Assembly: GCA_043228905.1 (NCBI GenBank)
Contig: JBHGNT010000022.1
Location: 7,502,001-7,566,000 of the forward strand
From: Azolla caroliniana
Lineage: Eukaryota; Plantae; Polypodiophyta
Length of the DNA: 64,000 bases
Direction: 5' to 3'
Shown: piece after piece, positions 38,264-52,594 of the stretch
Position numbering within the stretch: position 1 is the stretch's first letter
Layout: every line of letters begins with the position of its first letter
The notes under the pieces: generated by a model
Database searches by the model: none
The model's input: the letters and a program-made list of their open reading frames with translations, nothing else
Told to the model about the DNA's origin: nothing
Made by a program: the position numbers and the translations under genes

Positions 38264-39428
38264 AAGAAGCTATATTAGAAAATATAAAATATACATCCAA
38301 CTGTAACTTAGTTACAAAAGGGTTGGTTTAAATACCAATTAACTTTGGGCAACTACCCTTTCTACTATTTACAAGACTAGCTTGAACATAGAGTGTTTGT
38401 TGCTAGTGTGAAAGCCATTGTATTAAGGAAGTTGGGTTTGATTCTCAACATCATGGGGTCTTCCTACTAAGTGGATGACATCCACATTTGAGTCAAATGA
38501 AACTGGACGATTCAATTAGATGTTTAAAATGTAGAAAAATGCAAGCAATGTGAAGTATATATGATCATGTCATAATAGCAATAAAAATAGAGTTAATAGC
38601 TTGGATCATCTCCAATTAGGAGGATCTCATGACCAAGTCATTGATGTGAGCCATTGTGATGTGTTTACACTTAAGTTGGCAAAATTTAGGCAATCATTAG
38701 ACTAATAGAAAAAATGTTTATTTACTATGCTCGGCAAACAATATTCAAGAAATTATCTCATGTCAATACCCATCTAGACATATGAGATAAGATTCAAGAA
38801 TCAAGATACTGTGGTAATGCTAAGGTGTTTAAAACAACCACGAGGGTGACATAAAATGTGGCCCTTTACCTTATCTCTACTTCGAATGTTCGTGGTGGCT
38901 CCTCGAGGATCAACCATGTTATTTACCTAGAGGCATTGTTTGCACACACAATTTCATGAATGAACTGCAATCATTGTGCCCACAAAAGTGGTTTCAGCTC
39001 ATTATATCCCCTACCGGAACCCCAAATCGTAGATTGAGGTAATGAAAAGATATATGCATATGTTTGCCAATAAATACTGGTTAAAAACAACATTAGAGTG
39101 TATTGTGATTGGGTGTTTGTCACATATTAACTACACATCATGATGTATCTAGTCTCTCTTTATATGCATGATATAGTGGTCTAAGATCCTTGTATATAGA
39201 TGAACAAGACAAGCCAAAGGTGTGTTCCTATATTTGACCATGGTTTAAGACTATGTGGTTGTAACCTTGAATTCTATCCAGGGACATTGTTAAAAATGTT
39301 CAACAAAAGTCAAGTATTACATTGCAATGGACATGTAAGATAGATTGGTCAAATTTGAATAGAGTATTGCCATATTAAGATAGACCAAGTATGTGTGTAA
39401 CATAGTCTATAACATATGTCCTCGTAAC

Positions 39429-39635
39429 AAAACCCATACGTGCATTCGCATTTGAGTATAGTAAACACCCTCGAAGTATGGTAAATACTATACTTTTGTA
39501 TTCATTATTTAGACAGTTAAGGTAAAAATGTAAAAAAGAAACATAAGTATGTTTTCATAACATATGCATATGTTTGCAAACGTATGAAAAAGAATGTTTG
39601 CAAATGCATTCGAGTATATTACATACTATGGGTTT
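39429..39635. repeat. MITE-like element with short inverted ends
   Basis: AAACCCATA...TATGGGTTT; homologous to 32742-32950. Confidence 0.55.
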
Positions 39636-39771
39636 GCCCTATAGATGGAAAATGTTTCATTTTTCCAAAATTGACCAAACAACACTGCAATGATCAAATA
39701 TAGGATATATGAAATGAACGAGGAAATCAATTTGGCCATGTTAAAAGATGTACCAGAGGGAAATGATGAGT

Positions 39772-39806
<35 letters not shown>

Positions 39807-41104
39807 TGCTCTATTTTATAGTGTCTGGATGTTCGGCATATAAACTTGGAAATCACGTGTGAAAAATATTTCCCTAAAAATACTATGTGTATCATTCCCC
39901 AAAAACGTGTGAACAGTGCAGAGCATGTAAATGGTGGGTGTTGTAGAATAAGCTAGGTATATATATAAAGATAGATATTTATGTATCTCATATCCAATCG
40001 AGAAAAAAAACTAGTGTGACCTATGGATAGAAAAAGCATTAGTGGGAGCTATGGATGGACATTTATATAGATCATACCCCACTAAGAAAAAGTAGTAGTG
40101 TGCATTAGGAAGATCTATATATGTAGTGATCGTTATTGAGTAGAAAAAAACACACCTAACTCTCGACTAGAAAAAAGCACCCCCAACTATCTACATGAGA
40201 AGATATGTATATATATAGACTAGGAAAATGCAAATTCCATAGAGCTTTAAAGCAACAAATATACATAGCGTGTGAATGTTGAATAGGTATATATCTAGAA
40301 AAAAGTAGACTTCCTTAAAAAAAGTTATATACAAAGAAAAAAATCACTCCATATATGTGAATATTGGGAGCAGGGCAAGAATTTGATGGGTGTCATGCCT
40401 GTCAAAAGCCATTTTGCCCATAAAAAACGTACACACAATACATAAAAATGCTCGTCAAGTGACATATAAAGTTTAAATTTCCATTTTCATGTGAAAGGCC
40501 CCCAATAAATTATGCATGTCAAATGATATGCTAAAATTCTATTTTCCATTTCATATATATTATATATACATATGTCACTTATTATAGATACGGTAACCAT
40601 TTGGTTAAGTGCGCACTTTGATCTCAAGGAAAAAAGTGTGCACTTAACCAATCCGCGCATTAGGGCTTTTTACATGAATTTTTTTTCCCCAAAATGTTTT
40701 TCTCTGCACATTTTCAGAAAACACAACCCCCACATCCACTCAAATCTTATATGATTATGATCCAACCCACCCACGTCGCTCCTAGATTTTGTTGCAAGCA
40801 TGAAGGTTTCTAATGTACTATGTGTAAAGCATGTTTTCTAAAAATATGCATAATTATAGCAAAAATTTGTCAATATTTGGAAATTATTGTGAAGGTTTCT
40901 ATTAAAAATTGATTTATAATAGGAATTTGGGAAGCTTTTTATAAACATTTGAGAAAGTTTCTATTAAAGCATTGATTTGTAACATAAATTTCAAAATGTA
41001 ATAGTAATTTCCAAACATTGCAATTGTAAATTGAATAAATTGTTGTTTCTCTTCAAAGATTGATTTGTAAATCTTTATCAATGTTGGTTGTAGAAATCAT
41101 CAAA

Positions 41105-41340
41105 TTTATATGTAAATTGACTCCTCTAACATAAGAAATCATGATTTTTTTTAAGATGATCGGGCTTTTTACATGAAATTAGCTCCTCTAACATAAGAAA
41201 TTGTGATTTTGTTTTATGATGATTGGGCTTTTAACATGAAATTACCTCCTATAACATAAGAAATCATGATTTTTGTTTATGATGATCGGGCTTTTTCCAT
41301 AAAATTAGCTCCTCTTAACATAAGAAATTGTGATTTTTTT
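41105..41340. repeat. About 62-bp minisatellite, about 3.7 copies
   Basis: CTCCTCTAACATAAGAAAT..TGATTTT...GATGATCGGGCTTTT recurs at about 41121, 41183, 41245 and 41309. Confidence 0.85.
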
Positions 41341-41448
41341 AAGTTAAAAACCATTTTTTTACTAACCTTTTTTTCCAAAAAATAATCTTTTTTTTCATAC
41401 TTATTAGTATAAACATTAACACGATATTTATTTTATGTATTTCATTAT

Positions 41449-42696
41449 TTTATTTTTTTTCCAAAATGAAGCTACTTTCCCATTAGTTAGGAAGGATTAT
41501 TACATAGAGAGTCTACAAGGAGACTTATACACACATCGGGGAGTCTTCCTCCAATCAAGTAAAAGAAGATCAACCTACTTACAATGCATTGCGGCCTAAC
41601 TTAATGTAAGAAGCTACCTATATCTAAGGCGATGGCCTTCAATGTTGCCTAGTATGAGTCGACTCTTGGGGCCTACAACGAAGAGAGGGTGGCAAGTGAG
41701 TAGGAAACAACCAGCGTGGGGGCTGGTAATTCCACCTCGGGCCACTCTCGCCTTGCATCACCATAGGTGTGTTCCTCCATTTCTGCCAAAAACGCAACCG
41801 GGCAGAGATCACGTCGTTGGAGTGGCTGCAAATCTCTTCCAGTTGCCCTCGTAGGTAGCTGATAATCGCGAACCATATGTCCATGATCACTTCCTCCGGG
41901 GGTCGTACCATACCTTGGAAAACCTTGAGGCAACGCGCTTTCCATATGTACCACAAGGTGAAACCTGCAATCAGCATCTAGATTTCTGGAAACCTAGGGG
42001 ATGCGGGCTGCAAGCCTCTTTCGAAACGGATCTTGATGATTTTGCCTCTCGTGCATACATAACCCCAACTATCCGCATTGACGGTGTCCGTCCACCCTTC
42101 GACCGAGTGACCAATCCATGCCGCAGTGCTCCACGAGGCTGTTCCTTCAACTTCACATGCCGCAAGGAGGCGAGTCACTCTATCCCAGATCTTTTGAGCT
42201 TGAGGGCAATCCCATAGACAATGTCTCAGAGTCTCAATAGGTCGAGAGCACAGTGGGCAGCCTAACGGGCCGCCGCGTTTACCAATGGGCACCACATTAT
42301 GACCGATCTGCCACCAAAAGAGCTTGATCTTTTCAGGCATGTGGAGGCGCCAGAGACCTTTCCAAAAGGTAATGAGCGCCTCATCGGGGATGCCCAATGT
42401 TCGCCAACCATTGCGAAGGGGACTGCCCAGCTACAGCTGCAAAGTCTGACCCAATTTAGTGGTGTAATCGAAGAAGTGATGGAGTCTATCATCATGTTTC
42501 CATCTGAAATCCCTTGGGTCCCAATCCAGATCGACAAGGGGGCGACAGCCATATACCCTTAACCTCCAATGGGGTTCCACCTTAGCAACATTCGGGTCTG
42601 TCTTCCAGATGTTGTCAACCTGTGCCACCACTCGGATTGGGTGCCAAGAGCCCCTGCTTTGACTGTCCCCAAAAACTGTATCTCTCCCCGATCCAC
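41449..42696 (-). mobile_element. 5'-truncated L1-type LINE (3' end of ORF2, zf-RVT region)
   Basis: FWKGLW...KIKLFWW...CPLC...ETLRHCLWDCPQAQKIW and LWYIWKARC..VF. A-rich tail at 41449-41460. Candidate TSD TTTCATTAT at 41440-41448 and 42697-42705. Confidence 0.88.
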
Positions 42697-43849
42697 TTTC
42701 ATTATATTTGTAGGTGTTATGTTTATTTGTGCATCATTGTGTGCTTTCTATAGTAATAAAATGTATAACAATGAAGCATCATATAGAGCTTTTCATTATT
42801 AAAATTTGTATGTCAAATGACATGTTAGTTTTTGCACTCTCATGTCATATGACATACATCTTTAAAAAATGCCCGTCAATAAACTTTAATACTAACCCGT
42901 CAAATTTAGGCCCTTATTGGGAGCCATAAATTTAAGGCATAATATTATTTTTTCTTGCATATCCAACTAAAAAAAACAAAAGGTTTTTTTTTTCAATTTT
43001 ATTTTTTCCTGGGTTCCTTATGCGTGAGATAGTTCTCATTAGACATACCTTGATGCGAAAATTTAATCAAATTGTTCAAGCTAATTAGAAATATGGATGC
43101 AAAAACATAACCATACACACCAACGTATAGGTAATCCCATAAGGAACACAAATTAGAGCACTCAAATTCGTAGAACTCTAAGACATATTTGTGACGCATA
43201 ATCAAGAGATATATGATCAGAAAGAAGGAAGAGAGAGAGAGAGAGAGAGATTTCTTTTTATAAATATTGAAGTTCATGCTCCACTTGTTCTTGGATCAAG
43301 CGGTGGTGCCTTAGGTTGTTGTGCTAGGGATCACAAATAAAACATGTGACAACATGAAAAAATATTAGTATGCGCTGATACTAACTATTAGAATCTAACT
43401 AATTAATTAAGCAAAGCATAAGGAATTATAGACCAAAGAGCCAAACCACCCTCTAGCAATGGCGTGAGATGGTTCATACCATCGAGAATTGATGTGAGTC
43501 GTACCTTGTGTTCTGTGAGGAACGCACATGCTTGAGTCATAACCACACTATCATAGTCTCCACATAAGTCAAGCATCCTTTAATTAGAAGGAAGTTAGCC
43601 TCCTTATATAGGTAGAAACCCTAGGCCCTAGTGTCTTCACACTTACCTGCTTTATTTGAAGTGGTCAAGTGATAACACACTTAATAATTATCCCACATCG
43701 TGGAATTGAATATTATAATTACCCTCGCTCCTTTCATAATAAACCCAAATGTACTCAACATAAATAAGTGAAAACTACGGAAAACCTATCGCATGATTAC
43801 TTATCTAAAAGCGATCACCATTAGTGCACACAGCATATAACCTTCTCAT

Positions 43850-45700
43850 AAACTCAGGAAATTGCAAGCTTATATTCACTTTGCATCTCGAGTTCTTTTG
43901 TTCATCTCCAAAGTTGCTCATGATGTACCATATCAAAAGCTTTCATGGAGCCTATGAGCACCAATATAAACCTTTACCTCTCAAACGACTTTCCTCTATT
44001 AATACTCAAGGGGTGACAAGGATATTGATGGTGTTATGGTATTTTCAAAATCCAACTTGTCCATAAGCTATCTTACCATTTTCTTCATCCCATGCACTTA
44101 TCTTTGATTCCATTATACATAAAAATACTTTTGTCATTAGGAGCCAACCATGACGGTTTGATAGTAGTTTATATTGATCACATCTCCACCTATATGTAAA
44201 GGTTTGATCTAATTTGTATTCTAACCATAGGGCACCCCATGTTGCAATGCATGATTTAACATATCACTTATCCATACACGTGCTTCCTTTCCTATCCTTT
44301 ATACATTGAGGATCACTTGTCTTTCAAGAAGCCAATTTCTTAAGTCTTATGCATATATCTTCAATTATAAAGAAGAGAGACATATGTGAAAGGGAACCAC
44401 AACACATCGTCTTTACGGCTAGAGGTAGCTCAAATAAATTCTTATAATGGATAGACAAGTCAAGAAAGTTAAGTCACCATAACTCTCACATGTTTCCCTT
44501 TTTATTTCCCCAAATTTTGGCATATGCATGTGCTTTTTCGTGTGTTTGGAGAAATTGATGAGTAACTTCCCATATTCTTCGCATTCTTTAAATATGCCTT
44601 TCGTACTCATGCATATACTTTTGATCATTTTCTTTATCCTTGGCTACATTAAAAATAATAAGGCACTTTCAAGCTCCATGGCATTCTCTATTAAACCATT
44701 TTTTTGTGAACTACATTTCTTGATGTATTTCCAAGATGTGTGCTTGGTCGATAAGCAAATTTGTTTGTACATGACAAATTACTTTCTTGAAAGTTTTCCA
44801 TTTGCATTTTAGTGTAGCCCCATGTTGTATCCTTGTCATCTATAACATATCCACAACCATCTATGAATACATGGGCACTCGCTTAAGGTTCATGCATTTG
44901 TTTATTATCTTCAATGGCCTTCTCACAATCAAACCTATGCACACACTTGAGGTAAATACATAAAAGTCCTATGGTCAAATTCCGATGTCCATTCACCAAG
45001 CGAGGATTTATGTATGTGATCAAAATGCCTTGGGAAAGTAGCATAAAGCCAATCACACAATTTCCATTGTGTTTTCTACGAGTAAAACCATTAGTATTAA
45101 TCAATAAGGATACACCATTTGAAATAAGCATTTCAGTACTATTGCACATTTGTAGGAGTCACATCCCAAGTTATTCTGAAGCTTTTCATCAATAGAAGAG
45201 CAACTATACATTTGTAATATCCTCTTGCATCCTTGAGATATGTGGCATGAAAGATTGGTGTGCATCAAGTTGGAAACTTCTTATACGGCCATTCATCTCA
45301 CCAAAGACGATAACTTCCCCTTCGGATTTGAAATACGCAAATAGATTGGCAAAAAATCCAAACAAGCATAAAGGTTAAAATCTCGATGAGAAATGTAACA
45401 TGCAACTACAAAAGTGGGCAAATCATTAGGTGTTTCTATTTTGAGTTATATGTAGCATTTATGTTCATCATTTTTTATAATCAACACATATTTCTCTATC
45501 CTTCTTGATCAAACATGTCACCCCTTGCCTTCTTTGTTGTCTTAGATTTTTCGCCCATATCAAAGAGTGTACATCATAGTTTCTTAAACCTTGAATCCTT
45601 TTGAGTATCATGTTCCCATGTTTCAATAAGAGGTGTGATATGCGTGTCATTGGTGAACTCCTCTATGCCAAATCTTGCATTCCGTGGGTATCCATTGCAA
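43850..45700 (-). mobile_element. Very old retroelement pol-like remnant (tentative)
   Basis: Only faint RT-like text (LIKKDREICVDYKK) in a CpG-poor, stop-riddled stretch. Confidence 0.35.
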
Positions 45701-47310
45701 TTCCAAAAGCATAGTCGTAGAAGACTATGATTAGTCCCATAGGTCGTGTGTCCCTATTTGCCTACATTTCTATCTTTAGAGAGAAAGGGAAGAGGTAGAG
45801 ATATTGGCCACTCCCCAATGCCATGCAATAGTTGTTGCATGTTGTCACCAACGACTAACCACCAAAGCCTGACTTGCAATCATTTGGCGTCGACCATGTC
45901 ACACACAATCACCGCTTTCCATTTCTCTTTTTCTATTATCCTTTTCTCCCCTACCTAAGGACCTTACCCTCAAGTAAAAACGAACACACCAACACACAAA
46001 GGCACATAGTAATATACACACATATGCATACATATAAACAAACACTTAGCTAATAGTAAACCTACAATTAAGACATACTCGCATACTTATACATATACCT
46101 ACGCATTCGAATACACTTAAGTACATCTAACTCTCCACATACAAACATTTATATACACTAATATGTACCTACTCACTAATACCAACTCGCATGAGAATAC
46201 ATCAACCATACATTATATAAAAAATCACACAATACTTTATACCTACTCACTGATACCAACTCGCATACCTAACACAAGTATATGCACATACACTAGCACA
46301 TACAAACACACAAACACTTACTCTAGCATATGTAACACAAGTACTCACAAAGGATACACATACATAAGATTCATATACACAAACATTTTATATGAATCTA
46401 TACAAATGCATACAAACATACACACACATATATGCTCTTAATCACATGTACAAAAACAATTACATATTTACATTCAGATATGTAACACATTGCATATTCA
46501 AGGTCGAAGTACAAAATAATTCTCCCAAAACACAAGGGCATGTACAAGTGTATCTGTACATCCAAACACGATCACTCATTATTCTTCCTAGTATCCCATG
46601 AACTTCCTAGAATCGTATGGGAAGCAAGAAAAAAGATCCAAAAACACATAAGAGCAAAATATGAAAGATATGAAAAACGGTTTGGAAGATGATTATATGA
46701 TGCACCAATTGCTTCCCTTCTAAATGAGGCTTTTTAATACCACAAGGCTCACACCTCACATATTATACTATATATGTTGCACCACAAACCATATTCTCCA
46801 CTGAACATGGAAACCCATTATAATAAACCCTTAATCATCATCAAAGAGCAAGACGTTACAACTTTCTTTTATGCAAAATTAGAACTCAATACACCCACCA
46901 AAAAAGGGAATAATCAAGGAAGTCTCAATAACTAATAGTCTGTTACAAACATCTGCAGATTCTTATTTTATACATGATTATTTTAGTAATTCCCGCACCC
47001 AAGTTCAATTCTAAACAAATTAGTCTATATATATGACCTAGGTTATATATTGACCTCCATAATATCTAGCTATCCCTCTTGCATACAAATTTGCACATTG
47101 CTCACAGCATTAACATAGATTCTATGACAGTTACCTATCAATTCAACAAGAAACACTGTATGAATAAAATAACAGAATGAACTGAATTAAGTAAGATCAG
47201 AACGATCAGGAAATATAACAAAATCAATGAGCTAAAACACTACAGTTTACCTAGCTTAAGCCCCGACTACTGTACATCTCAAAATCATTTTCAACTTCCA
47301 CACCAATAGT

Positions 47311-48456
47311 CTACCTTCTTCCATAGCCATTATAATCAGAACTATTATTCTCACTGTAGTTAGGGTTAGGGTTAGCACCTCCAGATACACCACCATAGCC
47401 ACTAAATCCACCACTATAACTATAACTATTTCCTTTCAATTGTCCACTACCATAACTACCTCCTTGCGATTGTCCGCCACCATAACCACCAAATCCACCA
47501 CCATAACTAGCTGCTTGTGGTTGTCCACTACCATAGCCACCAAATCCACCACCATAACTACCTGCTTGTGAGCAATCACGTGAGAAATGACCACTTTGAC
47601 CACATGTATAGCAAGCACGACCTGCGCCTCTTCCTCCACCCAAAGCTCCGCCACCATAGCTAGATGCTTGTGGGCATTCACGTGAAAAATGGCCAAGCTG
47701 CACAAATGCAATATAAAAAAATATGCCCTCTTAATTTTATAACAAGCACCCGTTGACAAATATTGTTTTGTTGAGTAATAAAATAACAAGTTCAAAAGCA
47801 CATCAAACTACTGGATTTAAAAGTTACATAAAAATTTCTATTATAGAAAGACAAACAAATACAAATGAAAATCTATTATAGATATATAGATAGACAAATA
47901 TTCTATTATAGAAAGATATAGGCAAATGTACAATGTGCATGTAAATGCAATAGGGATATGAGAATATGAGGGTCTACCAACGACACTTTACATGATGGTT
48001 ATGGATTCACATGGATTACCACTTGAGGTTGTGCATTCACCACCTTCCAAGTCCTCAAGTCTAAAGCAATTAGTTAAATATTGCATTGATTTAAGAGTCA
48101 TGTTTTTACTGGCTTGGATCTAGGGTCATGCAAATTAAAACTTTATTCCTAAAATATAGCTTTGCTTTTCATATGTTGCATTATATGATACAACGTAAAT
48201 AGCCCTAAACTGAACTAACCTCTCCACAGGTATAGCATTCGGATTGTCCTCCAGCCTTCCTCACACCTCCCCAACTTTCACCAAAGGAAAAACTAGATTT
48301 CTCAAGACCTCCACCATCTCGCGCACCACGGCTTCTGAAATTTCCAAAATTAGATTCACCACCATAAGGCAATGGAGGTGGTGGATTCTTATCATGTGAA
48401 CGCTTAGGTCCCCCAGTCAACACTGGTTGTGAAGCTAGTTTCTGTCGAAAGAATGA

Positions 48457-48496
<40 letters not shown>

Positions 48497-51169
48497 ATTT
48501 GGACAATTTTGAACATATTGAGCAAAAACACATTGTTGAGGCATCAAATAACAGGATAATACTTGCCAAATCTTTGATAAGTACTTCCAAATAACCTACG
48601 TGAACTCTCTCTCTCTCTCACACACATAGAACTGCATCAACTCATAGATTCACATATGGCCTTACATTTTACCTTTGAAGTTTAACAGTCCACAAGTCAG
48701 CACTATGAGAGTTTTGCCACCAAGAAAGTCTCAACAGCATATCCTTTATATAGGGGGTAAATAGTCCCTTTTTTATAGACTCCTTAGGTTTCAAAACCAC
48801 CATGTCCCAGGTTCTTAAGGGTTATCCCAGACTCTAGGATAACTGATTTCCCGCTTATGCTACCCTTAAATCCATTAAAATATGCCTTTTAACATTGGTC
48901 CTCGTGGCTATTCCTGTACATATCTCCTCTCTCTTCTCTCAAACCTTGTATGCGTTCCCACCTTTATTTTAAAAATTTTAAAATTTTTTTTTAAACTTTT
49001 GTTTTTTATTTATTATTTTTCATTTTTTGTTCATTTCTTTCATTTCTTTCTTTTTTTCTTTTTTCTGTTTTTCCTTTTTTCCTTTTTTCCTTTTTTTTGT
49101 TTTTTTCCTTTTTTATTTTCTTTTATGGCTCAAGAGCATGTATTTACCTCAAATGATAGGGGGAAGTCATATTTACCTCAAATGATGCGATCAATTGTTC
49201 AAGATTTCTTTCTTTTGTTGCTACTTCTTCAGTTAGGAGAGCTAATTTTCCTGCATCAGTTTCTTTCTCTAGCTCTATCTTCGCAAATGACAGCTCTGCT
49301 TCAGCTGCTTTTTTCTCCTCTAGTTGAGACTCTGTTAGAAGAGCCTGATACAAAAATACATGAGTTCACATGTGATTGCAAAAGAAACCATCTGTAGTGT
49401 ACTATCTAAGTCCTAAGTTCACAATATTTTGTAATGTTGAACCCTTACCTGCGGTTTCCAGTCTTTACTTGCTTGCTCCTTCAGCACCTCCATCTCCTTC
49501 TTTCCTTCTCGCTCTGCAATTACTTGTTCTCTTGGACGAGCAGCCCCAAAAGGGTTTGGCTGCAACATACAATACCAATAACAGACAGCTACTAAGTCTT
49601 ACAATATATATAACTTCAGGGGAAAAGCTCCAAAACATCCTTGAGTTTTTCTCTATTTCCCCAAAAGCCACTCTGTTTTGGTTATTTCCCGATATGCCCT
49701 TGGTCAACCTCTTGTCAATTCAAGAATAACATCCTTGCAACACATACTCAGACCCAATTATAGCTCCACTTTGTTGCATATATTAAAAACCATAAACTAA
49801 ATTTCATCTCCCAGCCATGACATACTATCATACGGCATAAGCAGTGTGCTTTATATACAAGCTCAAACGCACAATAAAATGCTCTTTCACCATTTATGCC
49901 AACAGCTTCCATCCTCCTTTCCCAGTCTCTTTTTAACATCATCAATATACATGCATTCTCAAATCTTGGACGTTTTTCCACAGCCCAAATTCAAACATGT
50001 ATCAGTGATATGTGATATGCATTGCGCACAGACTTGATAAGGAGTTTAATCCTTCAATATTAGCTCAAACGAACTGGAAGGAGCAAAACAAAACGCCTTC
50101 CATCCTTGATTTTGTTAGTCTCTTCGTTCCCTTTTAGCAAACATAGCTTCCTCCACTTTAAACTAATTGCTAACACTCATATTGGGCTCATCCCATTAGC
50201 TATAGACATATTAATGTGCAGAGATACAGTGAGGATTTCAGGCCTTCAATAGAAGAAAAAGAGAAGAAAAACTTCCTTTTTGTCGACCTGTTTGATCACT
50301 CTTGGTATGCATATCTTCTCTAGGATTGTGTCGCAGAAAATGTTTTAACACTCATATTGAGCTCACATCAGCTATCCACATATTGATGTGCACAGATATG
50401 CTATATACTTAAATCCTTCAAAACTATCTGGAATGAAGTGAAAAATGAGAAGAAAACCTTTTTCCATCGTTCAATTTGTCAATCTCCTTGTTCACTCATG
50501 AACATACCTTCTCTCAGCTTAAGCATTTTTAATAAATAAAAAATCTAAATCTTATAAGTGCTTCCTTATTATTTATAATACATATTGGCTTGCAATGTTA
50601 GAATGAGGATTTTAAATCCTTCATTAGTAGCCCAAGTGAAATGAAAATGAAAAGAGAAACTCCATCTTCATATTCATAAATCTGTTTAGTACCTTACAGT
50701 TTACATACATTCTTGCAACTTCAACATTTTTCATAGACAATGCACTAACGCTTATCAGTACTTCGGGTATATGCAACGAATATGTTGATATACAAAGGTA
50801 CAAGCTTACCACAAGAACTTAAATTTTTTGTTACTATCTTGAACGATAGTCATGGGAGACTCCTTAATTTTCCACAAAGCCATCTAGTACATTTGGAAAA
50901 AGCCCCATAACTTTGCCATGAACAATTTCCTGAATCTTAGGTGCAGTCTGGATTAACCTTCTCTAATGCACTATTGCTGTTCATAGTTAAACTATCAGCT
51001 AAGAATGATGTGAAAAAAGAGAAGTTAATACATGGATTACTGTTCCTACTAAAATGTCAATAAATATCAAGCTACCAGTTGAATGTTTTCATTCAGATAT
51101 ATGCCATAGGTTGTGAGAGTTTGGGGTTTTGCAACACCAATTTTTCCTGCTCTATACATACATATATAT

Positions 51170-51202
<33 letters not shown>

Positions 51203-51396
51203 TACATACATACATACATACATATATACATACATAGATACATATATACATACATAGATACATATATACATATATATATACATACATACATACATACATA
51301 TATACATACATAGATACATATATACATACATAGATACATATATACATACATACATACATACATATATACATACATACATACATGGATGCATACTAG

Positions 51397-51441
<45 letters not shown>

Positions 51442-51969
51442 TATACATACATACATATATATATATATGTTTAATATGTCTACACAATTGAGCATTTTGG
51501 TCAATCTTTGGAGAGCCCAGGTCTTTATGTGCATAGACAACTTGTTCTGGTTCTGTTCAAGGGCTTCAATGCAAGAGAAGTATGACGTTTTAATGGAAGA
51601 AAAACAAACGCTTTGTAGGCAGCCAGTTTTGGTGGAGGGAAAGCAGTAACATTTTCATGCACTGAAAGCAGAGTAAGCTATTGATGAAGAGAAAGCGGTG
51701 AGCTTTTTGACGGTGGAAGGAAGGCCGTGACAACAACAGAAACAATGAAAAACAAAGGGAGAAAGAGAACGAGTTAGGGAAAGGAAAAGGGAAGGAATGG
51801 AGAGAAGTAGGGCCAGTTAAGAATTAGAGAAGAAAAGAAAGGAAGAAATACATACTTTGGAAGACTTGGTAGAGGTAGGAGCAGATTGGAGTGCATCGGA
51901 TCGTTTCTGCAAACTTAGCTTCGGTCTTCCATGTACTTCCTCTCCTCCTTCTACTGCAGACTGATTCAT
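47311..51969 (-). CDS. eIF4B-like protein with two CCHC zinc knuckles and Gly-rich tail, 333 aa; exons 51969-51856, 49559-49449, 49344-49177, 48441-48220, 47697-47311
   Basis: Four GT-AG phase-0 introns give a stop-free frame. Motifs [10 protein letters not shown] and [15 protein letters not shown], a coiled coil (KERNLEQL), knuckle CYTCGE|LGHFSREC rebuilt across intron 4, and a second knuckle [14 protein letters not shown]. Confidence 0.88.
51152..51468. repeat. Compound (TACA)n/(TA)n microsatellite in intron 1
   Basis: Direct reading of the sequence. Confidence 0.95.
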
Positions 51970-52000
51970 CTTAGCTTCTTCAGGAGAAAAAATCGCAAAC

Positions 52001-52107
52001 CTGAAGAAGACAAAGAAGGAACATCAAGAACAAGAACAAGAACAAGAACAAGAACAAGATGATGATGATGATGATGATGATGATGAGAGTAAATAATATG
52101 AAGGAAG

Positions 52108-52142
<35 letters not shown>

Positions 52143-52148
52143 CCATAC
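52001..52148 (-). other. Probable 5'-UTR intron of the eIF4B-like gene (non-coding exon about 52149-52260)
   Basis: CAG|GTATGG donor and TTCTTCAG acceptor around CT, CAT and CTTGTT microsatellites. Confidence 0.6.
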
Positions 52149-52594
52149 CTGCTGCTGCTGCCGCTGTTTTGTGTGTGTGCGTGTGCAGGAAATTAGTGAG
52201 TGTTGTGAGGAGAAAAAGCAGGAGGAGGAGGAGGCGTAGTAAGTAAATCTAAGGTTTTGGAACATACACACACCCTCACATGTTTGGGAAAATTATGAAA
52301 GTATGCCCCCAGCTGTCCATGTGTGTGTGTATGTATGTGTCTCTCTGTCTCTTCTGAGGTCTGTGTCTTTTGTGTTTGTGCCTGCCTGTGTGAGTATGTA
52401 TGTGTCTTTGTTGTTCTGAGTCTGTGTCTCTAAGACCACCTGCATGCATGTGTATGTGCCTCTATGAGTGCATCTGTCTATGTCTGCGCAAGTGCTTGTG
52501 TCTGTGTGTCTCTACGAATGCATGTGCTTGTGTCTATGTCTCTACGAGTGTTTGTGTTTGTGTATGTGTCTCTACGAGTGCATGTGCATGTGTC

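Larger units (their letters stand above)
31874..38450 (-). mobile_element. Decayed full-length Ty1/copia; LTRs 31874-32176 and 38139-38450; TSD TCATG
   Basis: Matching LTRs, PBS TGGTATCAAAGC at 38138-38127, fragmented PR/IN/RT/RNase H ORFs and a 5-bp TSD. Much of gag is deleted. Confidence 0.92.

Noticed and set aside
38460-41100. Coding or structured features in the AT-rich interval
   Set aside because: Only microsatellites and one MITE-like repeat could be supported.
48882-49397. 171-aa Phe-rich membrane-protein-like ORF
   Set aside because: It is a T-rich intron tract plus the antisense of exon 3.
51067-51649. MYVCMY-type ORFs
   Set aside because: Microsatellite artefacts within intron 1.
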